A DNA stretch of 64,000 bases from a virus. Shown one piece after another: positions 50,204-58,632 of this stretch. A model generated the notes under the pieces. It saw only the letters and a program-made list of their open reading frames with translations, did no database searches and was not told the DNA's origin. A program made the translations under genes and the position numbers. The stretch lies in IMG/VR virus record IMGVR_UViG_3300025834_000005. The stretch is one strand, 5' to 3'. Numbering within the stretch: the stretch's first letter is position 1; each line of letters begins with the position of its first letter.

Positions 50204-50240
50204 TTATTCTTTTATTAGTTAATTTTACACTTATCATCGC

Positions 50241-52031
50241 TCACAAATATTTATTTTTAATTCTATTAATAACATCGCTAAAAACCGATTCGGTTGCCTT
50301 GGATTCATATATCTCATTATCCATAACAATCGTTATCTCCCTTCTCTTACCCTCAATAGCGTCATAAACATATTCATCAATACTATCACGAACAATCGTT
50401 GGGTATATATTGACAACGTCTTTTTGACCAATTCTGTGACATCTATCGGCAACCTGATCATACTCGCCCACAGAATAGGGAAGAGACATTATAATCATTT
50501 TACTCGCTGCTGTGAGTGTTAATCCATAATTAGCTGTTTGTATTGTAGCTAAAAATATTTTTATATCACTCTGAGGGTCTTGAAATTGCTTTTTAAATTC
50601 CTCTCTTTCCTCTACAGTTTGATCACCTGTGTGCAGCACTGCAATATTACCATAAATTTTCTTAAACTCATGCAAACTTTCCTTAAAATAATCAACAATA
50701 ATTACCTTCTCGCCTGTTTCAAGTATAGAGTCGACAATTTCTGTGACAGATTTAATCTTAAAGCCAGCTGTTAATTGTCTAAGCCTAAGCATTGTAGTTA
50801 GGTGATTTTTTGCTGGGTTTGCGAAAATTTCGGTTGCGACATTTTTTTCAACATCCTCATAAATTTTCATTTCAGCATCACTAAGCTCGAATATCGTCTT
50901 CTGATAAATCTTATCGGGTAAGTCTTTTAATACCTCTGATTTTCGTTTCCTATGAGTGTACGGTGAAATTTTATAATATAATTCTTCAAGTCTTTTTTCT
51001 CCATCGGTATCAGTTTTCCATCCGAAACCGCCGATCTCATATGTCATCCCACAATAATACTCATAGAAATGCTTCTTAGTAGCAAAATCGAGAGGAGATA
51101 TTTGATTTAAAACGGAATACAACTCATATGCCCTGTTTGGTGCTGGAGTACCAGATAAATAAATCTTACTCGGTTTATTATCTGTAAAGATTTTTTCATT
51201 AAAAATCCTCTTATAATTCTGGTACGTGTTTGTATCTGTGTTTTTAAGCTTCTGGCATTCGTCGCATATCACAGCATTAATACTACCTATTTTTAATTTC
51301 TCCCACTTATGTAACATCTTTGTTTTATCACTTGGGTTGAAGAAATCATAATTAGTAATTATATATTTTGCCTCATCTATCGTACATGTGTTTCTCTTCC
51401 AATTAACAATATATGCTTTACTATTAGTAAAGTTCGTAACCTCATTATAGTAATTGAATTTAAGTGAGTTTGGAGTTACAACGATTACCTTTTTAAACTT
51501 ATTCATTTCAACGTAAAGTATTGAGCTTAATGTCTTACCTAAACCCATTTCATGCGAAATTAAAGCACTTCTCGTTTCATTCATAAACATAGCAGCGATG
51601 ATCTGATGTGGATACAGCTTAATAGGTATTTTTATCAATGCATGCATTTGCTCCGAATAATTCACATAAGTTGTCTCAAGCTCAATTTTAAACTTATCCC
51701 ATATGATTTTTTTAGCCTCAAGATCAGCAATAAGACTCAATTTATCAACCTCAATCTTCTCATGTTTCTTATACATATCGATGAAAACCTTACGGCTGTC
51801 CATAGAACCAAAATCGAAATGAATATACTCAGAACCTTTAAAACCTTTTATTAATGTGATTAGTCCGTCAACACTTACGTCCCAACATACTTTAGCTGGA
51901 TTCCATTTACGATCACTCGCATCAAGTTCTTTAATTTTATCTTTCAACTCCTCATTGTACATGAATTTAACGTAATACCATGATCTTCTGGGTATACGTT
52001 CGCAAAATACAATTAATTTAAAATCTGACAT
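50241..52031 (-). CDS. SNF2-family helicase/ATPase (start revised to MSDFKLIVF..)
   Basis: Motif I 'HEMGLGKT', II 'VICDECQKLKN', III 'LSGTPAPNR', VI 'QVADRCHRIGQ'. The ATG at 52031 is used because the 18-codon extension to 52085 would cover a terminator and a promoter-like element. Confidence 0.85.
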   Translation of the reverse strand: MSDFKLIVFCERIPRRSWYYVKFMYNEELKDKIKELDASDRKWNPAKVCWDVSVDGLITLIKGFKGSEYIHFDFGSMDSRKVFIDMYKKHEKIEVDKLSLIADLEAKKIIWDKFKIELETTYVNYSEQMHALIKIPIKLYPHQIIAAMFMNETRSALISHEMGLGKTLSSILYVEMNKFKKVIVVTPNSLKFNYYNEVTNFTNSKAYIVNWKRNTCTIDEAKYIITNYDFFNPSDKTKMLHKWEKLKIGSINAVICDECQKLKNTDTNTYQNYKRIFNEKIFTDNKPSKIYLSGTPAPNRAYELYSVLNQISPLDFATKKHFYEYYCGMTYEIGGFGWKTDTDGEKRLEELYYKISPYTHRKRKSEVLKDLPDKIYQKTIFELSDAEMKIYEDVEKNVATEIFANPAKNHLTTMLRLRQLTAGFKIKSVTEIVDSILETGEKVIIVDYFKESLHEFKKIYGNIAVLHTGDQTVEEREEFKKQFQDPQSDIKIFLATIQTANYGLTLTAASKMIIMSLPYSVGEYDQVADRCHRIGQKDVVNIYPTIVRDSIDEYVYDAIEGKRREITIVMDNEIYESKATESVFSDVINRIKNKYL

Positions 52032-52054
52032 GAATGTGTGAATATGTGTGGGTA

Positions 52055-52062
52055 CAAAAGTA
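52055..52062 (-). promoter_or_regulatory. candidate host-type -7 element TACTTTTG (TAnnTTTG)
   Basis: Reverse complement of caaaagta, with 23 nt between the motif and the ATG at 52031, immediately after the 52066-52094 terminator. Confidence 0.45.
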
Positions 52063-52065
52063 TAC

Positions 52066-52094
52066 AAAAAAAACGTAAACCACAACAGTTTACG
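52066..52094 (-). terminator. rho-independent terminator
   Basis: Minus strand reads CGTAAAC-tgttgtg-GTTTACG-tttttttt (stem 52074-52080 / 52088-52094, A-run 52066-52073). Lies 25 nt after the stop at 52119. Confidence 0.75.
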
Positions 52095-52118
52095 TTTTTC
52101 ATTGTCAAATATATTTTA

Positions 52119-52508
52119 TTAAATCACAGTTGTCTTTGTGATGGAATCAAAAACAGTAATTTTAATAACACCGCTATTCGGAATAGATATTTTCATAGGA
52201 AAATCCACGTTTAAAAAATCTAATTTAAACTCTCCGATAAAATTTCCTGTTTTAGCTGTATCATCCAAAGTAAAATTATACTCAATCGAATACTTTGGAA
52301 CAGCCAGATAATCATTATCATTTCGAAATTTAATACAGCCACTAACATTTGCTATTGCAAATTCATCAGTATCCTCATCATACATTGAGAATGTGACAGC
52401 TGCATTATTTATGTCATCATCAGAAATGCCATATTTATCTAAAAATTCCTGATCTACGGCGTACTTTAAGGTCGGAAGAGTACTATCCTTTTTTATAAAA
52501 AAATTCAT
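52119..52508 (-). CDS. hypothetical protein (start revised to MNFFIKKD..)
   Basis: The ATG at 52508 lies 17 nt downstream of GTATTTAT. The listed start at 52535 would include the motif in the ORF. Confidence 0.5.
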   Translation of the reverse strand: MNFFIKKDSTLPTLKYAVDQEFLDKYGISDDDINNAAVTFSMYDEDTDEFAIANVSGCIKFRNDNDYLAVPKYSIEYNFTLDDTAKTGNFIGEFKLDFLNVDFPMKISIPNSGVIKITVFDSITKTTVI

Positions 52509-52525
52509 AATATAAGTTCTTTTAT

Positions 52526-52533
52526 ATAAATAC
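52526..52533 (-). promoter_or_regulatory. GTATTTAT upstream motif
   Basis: 17 nt upstream of the ATG at 52508. Confidence 0.45.
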
Positions 52534-52538
52534 AAACA

Positions 52539-54326
52539 TTATACGTTTTTAGGGTCTATACCGCCTTTTATTACATTCTGTGTTTGTCTCGATTGCATCA
52601 AAAAAGCGTTTACATCGTCTTTTGTATTCTCAGACATATGCTTATCATTAAGATTAATAGTCTCTTGCTTTATTTCAGGTATCTCGACACTATTTACATT
52701 AATTTCAATCGTTGTGCTTATTCTTGCAGCGATCTCACTTGTAATACTTCGATCAGGCGGAATCTTATCATCCACAGGATCTGCTTCGATAAACGTTAAA
52801 CCCTCTTCTGGTATAGGTGTCACAACTAAAGGCTTTGGACTGTCGAGAACATTTGTGAGACCGTCATGTTCAAAATCATGTTCCATTTCAGTACCTGTTT
52901 TATTTTTAAAACTCTCAAACTTGTCATTTGTGGCATCAATTTTACTCTCTGTCAGTTTTAAACTTCTACTATATTTGTACATATAGTCTTCATCATTAAT
53001 AACAATATTCATTTTATCGTTATCAAAGATACAATCTTTAAATGTTTGACCATCCTTTGCGAATCTCGCCTTGATAATTCGAATGTTAGCCAAATTAGCA
53101 TCTTTAGATGCTGGTGGCTTAGCTACCGACATGAAAAAGTGTGCTTTCTGTAAACGTTTAATACTTCCGCCAGCTTGACTTGCTTCAACAAACTCGCTAT
53201 CTAAGCCAGCACGTGAACTCTGAATAGCAGACCACGCAGGTATATCTAAGTCAGCAGCAAGTGCTAAAAAAGATTTAACAATTTGCAACTCAGCTTCCGT
53301 TCTATCAGCAGATTTTTTATTAGGTTCAAGACAATCTAAATAGTCTAATACTAATAAGTCGAATTTTATGCCAGTTTTTTTCTCGTAACGTGTGATGAAA
53401 TTTTTCACGTCGTTCATAGTGGTATTTTCCTGACTCATTCGTTTTATAACGATTTTACCGCCAGTCTTTTTTGACACATATTCATAACACTTCTGTCGAA
53501 CCTCAACATTTCTATCATCCATTTCGCTCAATCCGATCTTAGACCATATAGCATAATGTTTTCTCTTTATCTGTGCCTCTGTATCCTCAAAAATAATTTG
53601 TAATACGTTTTTATCGACATCATATCCAGTATTTGCAATCTTCGTAAGCAAAGTACTCTTACCAACACCCGATGGTGTTAAAATTAAGCCTATTTCGCCC
53701 TTACCAAGTCCGCCACCAGTCAAAGCATCCAATACAACAACACCTGTTGGAATTACCTCTCTAAACTCTTTGCTTAGTACGTCATCTATATCTTCAAGAA
53801 CTTCAGTTCCATAATCCTCAACGTCGCCGATTTCAGATATTAAACGTATTTTCTCCTCAATAGCCGCTAATGTTTCCTTTTTACGGATTTCGCCATTTTT
53901 GGTTTTGTCGAGAATGAACTCACCGAGTTTCCTATATTCCTGTTGTTTAATGAAAAATGTGGTCTCTAATTGGATGGCTTCTCCATTGTGATCTATATCA
54001 CGGTTTAGAACTCTATCATTCCAATTTTGAATTCTTTTAATATTGGCGAATAATAACTCCTCTTCGATTAGATTGTTAGGAGTTTTAAACTTATTTATAG
54101 CAAATATTATACTATCATTTTGAAGATTTGGTGCTTTGGCGAACTCATTATAATAGTTAGTCATTATAATGAATAATCGCTTCATAGTGGGATCATCAAA
54201 ATACATTGCACTTAATCTTGGGAGTGTTCTGATGGCAAATTCAGGTTCTACCATTAATTGCCACATTAAATGCTGTTGAAATTCAGGCCCTAAGTATTTC
54301 GTCAGGGTATTTTCAATTTGTTCCAT
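52539..54326 (-). CDS. DnaB-like replicative DNA helicase with C-terminal extension
   Basis: RecA-type core with Walker A 'GLILTPSGVGKSTLL', Walker B 'FDLLVLDYLDCL' and 'WSAIQSSR'. Has a helical N-terminal domain and a ~150-aa extra C-terminal tail. Confidence 0.7.
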   Translation of the reverse strand: MEQIENTLTKYLGPEFQQHLMWQLMVEPEFAIRTLPRLSAMYFDDPTMKRLFIIMTNYYNEFAKAPNLQNDSIIFAINKFKTPNNLIEEELLFANIKRIQNWNDRVLNRDIDHNGEAIQLETTFFIKQQEYRKLGEFILDKTKNGEIRKKETLAAIEEKIRLISEIGDVEDYGTEVLEDIDDVLSKEFREVIPTGVVVLDALTGGGLGKGEIGLILTPSGVGKSTLLTKIANTGYDVDKNVLQIIFEDTEAQIKRKHYAIWSKIGLSEMDDRNVEVRQKCYEYVSKKTGGKIVIKRMSQENTTMNDVKNFITRYEKKTGIKFDLLVLDYLDCLEPNKKSADRTEAELQIVKSFLALAADLDIPAWSAIQSSRAGLDSEFVEASQAGGSIKRLQKAHFFMSVAKPPASKDANLANIRIIKARFAKDGQTFKDCIFDNDKMNIVINDEDYMYKYSRSLKLTESKIDATNDKFESFKNKTGTEMEHDFEHDGLTNVLDSPKPLVVTPIPEEGLTFIEADPVDDKIPPDRSITSEIAARISTTIEINVNSVEIPEIKQETINLNDKHMSENTKDDVNAFLMQSRQTQNVIKGGIDPKNV

Positions 54327-54355
54327 TATAAGTTATTGTGAAAGTAATATGTTAT

Positions 54356-54396
54356 AAAAAATCTGGCAACCGCTTATTGAATAAACAATTGCCAGA
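54356..54396 (-). terminator. candidate rho-independent terminator
   Basis: Stem tctggcaa / ttgccaga (54362-54369 / 54389-54396) with a 19-nt loop. The A-run 54356-54361 gives a U-tract on the minus strand. Lies after the stop at 54425. Confidence 0.5.
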
Positions 54397-54424
54397 ATTT
54401 TATATGTTTATGACCTTCTGTTAA

Positions 54425-54973
54425 TTAAATTGAGGCGTATTCCATTGCCTCGAAATTTTCCGAAATAAATACCATATCACATTTTTTTATATGATTGTAA
54501 ATTTCGTTTGTGACCGTTTTAACAGCATCTACGATATCAGTAGAATACCTACAGGTCGGGTTAAAACCATTAACATAAAATGTTCTTTCTACAATTGTTT
54601 TACCGTTTACATAAAAACCGATAGAACATGGCACACCTTTAATAGTTTTACCTTCAATCTGATAGGTTACTATAGAAGGATCATAGATAAGATCATTACG
54701 AATATCATCCTCATAAGAGTCAATTATGTCATTAGCATAATTGAAAAGATCATAATGTTTTTCTTCGCCAGTATATGCAAAAGTTTCATAATATCTTTTC
54801 GATAAAGCTTTTTGGAAAAGACCAATAGCTTTAGGTAGAATGTGACGAATGTTAATCGGATATCTAACCTCTGGTGAAAAGTCCGAAGCATCAATCATTT
54901 TTTCGCAAAGTAATATGTCACCCTGAAAAAGTGAAAACTTAAAAATCTTACTAAACTCGTTATCGTTACTCAT
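54425..54973 (-). CDS. hypothetical protein
   Basis: 182-aa ORF preceded by a TACTTTTG element. Confidence 0.5.
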   Translation of the reverse strand: MSNDNEFSKIFKFSLFQGDILLCEKMIDASDFSPEVRYPINIRHILPKAIGLFQKALSKRYYETFAYTGEEKHYDLFNYANDIIDSYEDDIRNDLIYDPSIVTYQIEGKTIKGVPCSIGFYVNGKTIVERTFYVNGFNPTCRYSTDIVDAVKTVTNEIYNHIKKCDMVFISENFEAMEYASI

Positions 54974-55001
54974 TATTTATATATTTAGAATTATTACGCT
55001 A

Positions 55002-55009
55002 CAAAAGTA
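55002..55009 (-). promoter_or_regulatory. candidate host-type -7 element TACTTTTG (TAnnTTTG)
   Basis: Reverse complement of caaaagta, with 28 nt between the motif and the ATG at 54973. Context TTTTGTATACTTTTGTA is near-identical to the site at 52055. Confidence 0.45.
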
Positions 55010-55038
55010 TACAAAAGAAATTAGAAATGAAAGTCTTT

Positions 55039-56091
55039 TTACTTTTTTCTTTGAGAATTTGTATAATTAGTTAAAAGTTGCTTCTCAAACATAACAACTG
55101 TATAAAAAGGCTCAAGATAATTAACAAAATTTCCGCCTGTGAATATCGTTAAAAAACCATCTTCTATCATCAACTTATACAGGTTCTTACTACCTCTATT
55201 AACAGGTGATAAGGGCATATCTAATTGAGCCAACTCTTCCTTTGCTTGATCGTTTAGAAATGGCTCAGATAGATTCGTAAGCAAATAATTAAGTTTAAGT
55301 CTATCAATGTTATTCAACAGATTCTCAAATATTTTTAAAGGCTTCTGCTTATTGATGATACGTTCTTCGTTAATCACTTTAGCACGTTGGCATATCTCAC
55401 GAACCGTTAATTTTCTGAATTTAATATCTGGAAAATGTTTTATTAATGCACCTTCTTTAATCCCTGCAATCCCTTGAATATTATCGGCAACATCGCCACC
55501 AATGATTTTCATAATCAAGCCATTAGAATAATGGTAATCAAAATCATAATGAAAATTAAGTTTAGTTGTCGGGTGAGGTAGATTCCCGAAAATGATAGTT
55601 ATATTATACTCAAGCAATTGGACAAAATCCCTATCATTTGTGAATAAGAATATTATCTCTTTTTTCGAGTTATACATACAATATGCTGCAATTAAATCAT
55701 CAGCCTCAATTTCATCAACCTCAATTTGACGTATAAATAGTTCCTCAATGTATTGTTGAATACGCTTTTTATTTTTTAAGATTGATTCGTCCTTAGCTTG
55801 TTCTCGTTTTATTTCAGCATCAGTTAACTCTATTTTTGTGTGCCACGATTTATCCTTACGATTAGCCTTATAAGCTCTATCGAGTCTATAACGATCAATA
55901 CCGCCGTTTTCACCGTCCCAACATACAACAACTTTATTTATCTGATGTTCTTTTATTAGCTTTCGAATTGTTGTTAGAAAACCATATAAACCACCAATTG
56001 ATCCAAAAGACGCTGTGTAAGCGTCTTTTGCACCAAAGTATGATCTTTTTAGAAGATAATTACCATCAACCAATAAAGTTCTAATTTCCAT
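55039..56091 (-). CDS. 5'-3' exonuclease / flap endonuclease (T4 RNase H-like, PIN + H3TH)
   Basis: 'LLVDGNYLLKRSYF', 'VVCWDGENGGIDRYRLDRAYKANR', 'IEADDLIAAY', 'TNDRDFVQL', 'GDVADNIQGIAGI'. Confidence 0.85.
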   Translation of the reverse strand: MEIRTLLVDGNYLLKRSYFGAKDAYTASFGSIGGLYGFLTTIRKLIKEHQINKVVVCWDGENGGIDRYRLDRAYKANRKDKSWHTKIELTDAEIKREQAKDESILKNKKRIQQYIEELFIRQIEVDEIEADDLIAAYCMYNSKKEIIFLFTNDRDFVQLLEYNITIIFGNLPHPTTKLNFHYDFDYHYSNGLIMKIIGGDVADNIQGIAGIKEGALIKHFPDIKFRKLTVREICQRAKVINEERIINKQKPLKIFENLLNNIDRLKLNYLLTNLSEPFLNDQAKEELAQLDMPLSPVNRGSKNLYKLMIEDGFLTIFTGGNFVNYLEPFYTVVMFEKQLLTNYTNSQRKK

Positions 56092-57179
56092 TAATCCTCT
56101 GTTGATATATCGTTAATCTCTTTTGATTCGAATGTGATATCGTCAGCTGTCATTGAATCGTCATTAAAGATATTCCTGAAATATAGAATATTTTTCTTCT
56201 TATACGCTTCAACGCCATCCTTGTAGATAAATCCATGAGGGGTTGAAATTACTTTCCCTTCCATAGAAATGCCACCCAAATCTCCGTCGACGTGATTTTT
56301 TGCAACGTTTACTCTCGCCTCAATACCATAATGGATTGTACGACCCTTGCTAATCGCTGAAATCTTACTTGTTCCGTGAGCAGCGATACCACCGAAGTGA
56401 TAAATAAGCCTTGAACCGAAATAAAATGTTTCTCCGCCTTTATGTTTAACGCCTCCGCCATTCATATTATCAATCCAAATTTTCTGGATAGCGATAACAG
56501 TGTTTGTGAATTCTTTATCAACCTTCCTACTATTTGGAATAGTATTGTTCAAGAAAGATAAGAAACTCTTTTCATAAGCATTAGCATTCCACATATTATT
56601 CTGTGAAGTTTCTTTAACCTGTGCATTAATCGTAGCATTACAGTTAAGCGTTCCGATTGAGTCGATAGCAAATACTATGTTACGTGGTAACAAGCCAGCT
56701 TCCTGATCATCAACGAATGAATACATACATTTAGCTAAGTCTTCAATTGAAGCCTCTCTACGGTCTTTATCTTGTTTCTTACCAAAGTTTTCAAGTAAAT
56801 ATTCATTATCAATTAAGATAAATTCGCCATCTAAGTCAAAACCCATTTTTGCGAGTCTTTCCATACCCATGTTATTCTCAGTATCGATAATAATTACCAA
56901 ATCACCGTCTTTTTGGGCTGAAACAATACCTTCGCATAATGCTGTAGACTTGCCTGTATTCGAAAATCCCCTACAAAGATTAACATAACCTTTCGCAAAT
57001 CCTGGCAATCCTGTCGCAGTTTCTAAGGCTGCTGACGATTTAATCCAGTATAAAGGCTTATCTGGAACATCTTCACATCCCTTTTTCTTTTTGAAATCAT
57101 TCAGCGAAAAATCTTTTTTTGCCGTAGGTTTTCTCACCGCTATATTAGGCGGTACTACATTTGCATCCTTCTCTTTCAT
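56091..57179 (-). CDS. RecA-family recombinase (UvsX/RecA-like)
   Basis: Walker A 'GFSNTGKSTAL', 'VIIIDTEN', Walker B-like 'IVFAIDSIGTL', 'GGETFYFGSRLIYHF'. 362 aa, located between FEN and SSB. Confidence 0.6.
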   Translation of the reverse strand: MKEKDANVVPPNIAVRKPTAKKDFSLNDFKKKKGCEDVPDKPLYWIKSSAALETATGLPGFAKGYVNLCRGFSNTGKSTALCEGIVSAQKDGDLVIIIDTENNMGMERLAKMGFDLDGEFILIDNEYLLENFGKKQDKDRREASIEDLAKCMYSFVDDQEAGLLPRNIVFAIDSIGTLNCNATINAQVKETSQNNMWNANAYEKSFLSFLNNTIPNSRKVDKEFTNTVIAIQKIWIDNMNGGGVKHKGGETFYFGSRLIYHFGGIAAHGTSKISAISKGRTIHYGIEARVNVAKNHVDGDLGGISMEGKVISTPHGFIYKDGVEAYKKKNILYFRNIFNDDSMTADDITFESKEINDISTED

Positions 57180-57202
57180 ATTATATATTATTTGTGTTTA
57201 AT

Positions 57203-57231
57203 AACATGGGATATTATTAGTATCCCATGTT
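57203..57231 (-). terminator. 11-bp stem hairpin (aacatgggata / tatcccatgtt), weak terminator
   Basis: Perfect inverted repeat with a 7-nt loop, 9 nt after the SSB stop. Lacks a clean U-tract. Confidence 0.4.
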
Positions 57232-57239
57232 ATATTTTA

Positions 57240-58487
57240 TTAAAACGGAAGTCCGTTCATTTCATCGTCATCGCCTTGGTCGTTTTCAGATGATTCCTGT
57301 TCATTTTTTACAACTGTGTTAGCTGAGGGGATAACTGAGGGAATAACTGAGGGAATAACTTCGGCTAATTTTTCAGCTTTAGGCTGTGTTGCTTCCTGTT
57401 CTTTAATCAAAGCAGCGGCAACATCTAAAGAGTTGTCAACATATGTGCCAACATCTTGTTTTGTTACGTTGCTAATGTTTACGCCATCCTCAATATCAGA
57501 AGCGTGTTGGAAGTTTTCGTCATCCGAATCATCGCTAAGTTTTCTTGTATTAGCCAATACCTCAAGATCAGGATGATTAGGGAATACCCAATGTTTATGT
57601 TCAGGGTCAGTATCTTCCCAATATGGACTGTTTCCCTCAACAATAAGTTCTAAGAACTGTGCAGCTGTAATTGCTGGTGCATTTTTAGGTTTAAATACTT
57701 CTCTCCATGTGATCGTATCGTCGAGCCATTGCTGTGCTACAATAGGGTCTGCATGTAAAGGAGATTTACCTTTTGTGGTGATAGCTGATACAGCTTTATA
57801 GGTGATACCCATAAATACGCTTTCGCCCATAGTGATTGAAATATCTGTACCGACATTTTCATCAGCGAAATGTACTTTATGCTGCTCACAGAAATCTTCA
57901 AGAGGTGGCATTAATTTGTCAAGAACGCCCTGATTCTTAAAGTTAAACTTAAATCTCCAGAATTTTACGCCATCTTTTTCCTGACCTTTGTCAATACCAC
58001 GAATAATATAAAATTGTTTCGCCTGCCATTGGGTCATTTCTTTGTAGAACTTGTCGTTAACCTCTCTGATGGCTGTTTGAGCAGGTGTCATGTTCTCCTT
58101 TTTAACGTATTTAATGGATTTATCCATTTTAGCCTCAGCTTTCTTAGCTTGATCACATAGAGGACAATAAGCTGGAATCATAACAGGATTACCGTTAAGG
58201 TCTAATACTGGATTACCATCTTTACCGATTTTCGGAACTGCTGGGTCATTGTGAGCTGGACAGTAAATAGTGCTGGTTTTCTTCAAGCCACCTTTAATGT
58301 TTACTGGAACTACGTGGAAGAATGCCGTTGCATAGAATAATTTACCTTTATAAGGTAAAATTCTAAAAATTTCTTTAGGCTTTCTTGGGACAAAATACTT
58401 GGCAAGTATTTCTTCTGCGGTTTTCTTTTTGTTCGTGCCTTGATTTTTTTGGTAATCAGCGAACATTTGTTTCAAATCATTTTCCAT
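57240..58487 (-). CDS. single-stranded DNA-binding protein, T4 gp32-like
   Basis: Zn-site-like 'CPAHND..x24..CPLCDQ', an OB-like core, and a long acidic C-terminal tail ending 'DDDEMNGLPF' (compare the bacterial SSB tip DDDIPF). Sits among replication/recombination genes. Confidence 0.6.
   Translation of the reverse strand: MENDLKQMFADYQKNQGTNKKKTAEEILAKYFVPRKPKEIFRILPYKGKLFYATAFFHVVPVNIKGGLKKTSTIYCPAHNDPAVPKIGKDGNPVLDLNGNPVMIPAYCPLCDQAKKAEAKMDKSIKYVKKENMTPAQTAIREVNDKFYKEMTQWQAKQFYIIRGIDKGQEKDGVKFWRFKFNFKNQGVLDKLMPPLEDFCEQHKVHFADENVGTDISITMGESVFMGITYKAVSAITTKGKSPLHADPIVAQQWLDDTITWREVFKPKNAPAITAAQFLELIVEGNSPYWEDTDPEHKHWVFPNHPDLEVLANTRKLSDDSDDENFQHASDIEDGVNISNVTKQDVGTYVDNSLDVAAALIKEQEATQPKAEKLAEVIPSVIPSVIPSANTVVKNEQESSENDQGDDDEMNGLPF
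57323..57358 (-). repeat. 12-bp tandem repeat x3 encoding (VIPS)x3 in the SSB tail
   Basis: ctgaggggataa ctgagggaataa ctgagggaataa on the plus strand. Confidence 0.9.
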
Positions 58488-58519
58488 TTTTTTGATATTA
58501 CAATTTATTACTTATTTTT

Positions 58520-58543
58520 CAATTTTTGTTACAATTTTTGTTT
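58520..58543. repeat. 12-bp tandem direct repeat caatttttgtta / caatttttgttt in the SSB leader region
   Basis: Two adjacent copies, plus a related 'ttacaattt' at 58498-58506, in the 145-nt gap upstream of the SSB gene. Confidence 0.7.
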
Positions 58544-58590
58544 CAGTACTTGTTTACTTTATACAAAAAATAAACTTATTTGAATTGATA

Positions 58591-58598
58591 CAAAGGTA
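58591..58598 (-). promoter_or_regulatory. candidate host-type -7 element TACCTTTG (TAnnTTTG)
   Basis: Reverse complement of caaaggta, with 103 nt between the motif and the SSB ATG at 58487 (long AT-rich leader). Confidence 0.35.
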
Positions 58599-58632
58599 AT
58601 ACTTTTTTATCAATTAGCAACTAATTTATTTT

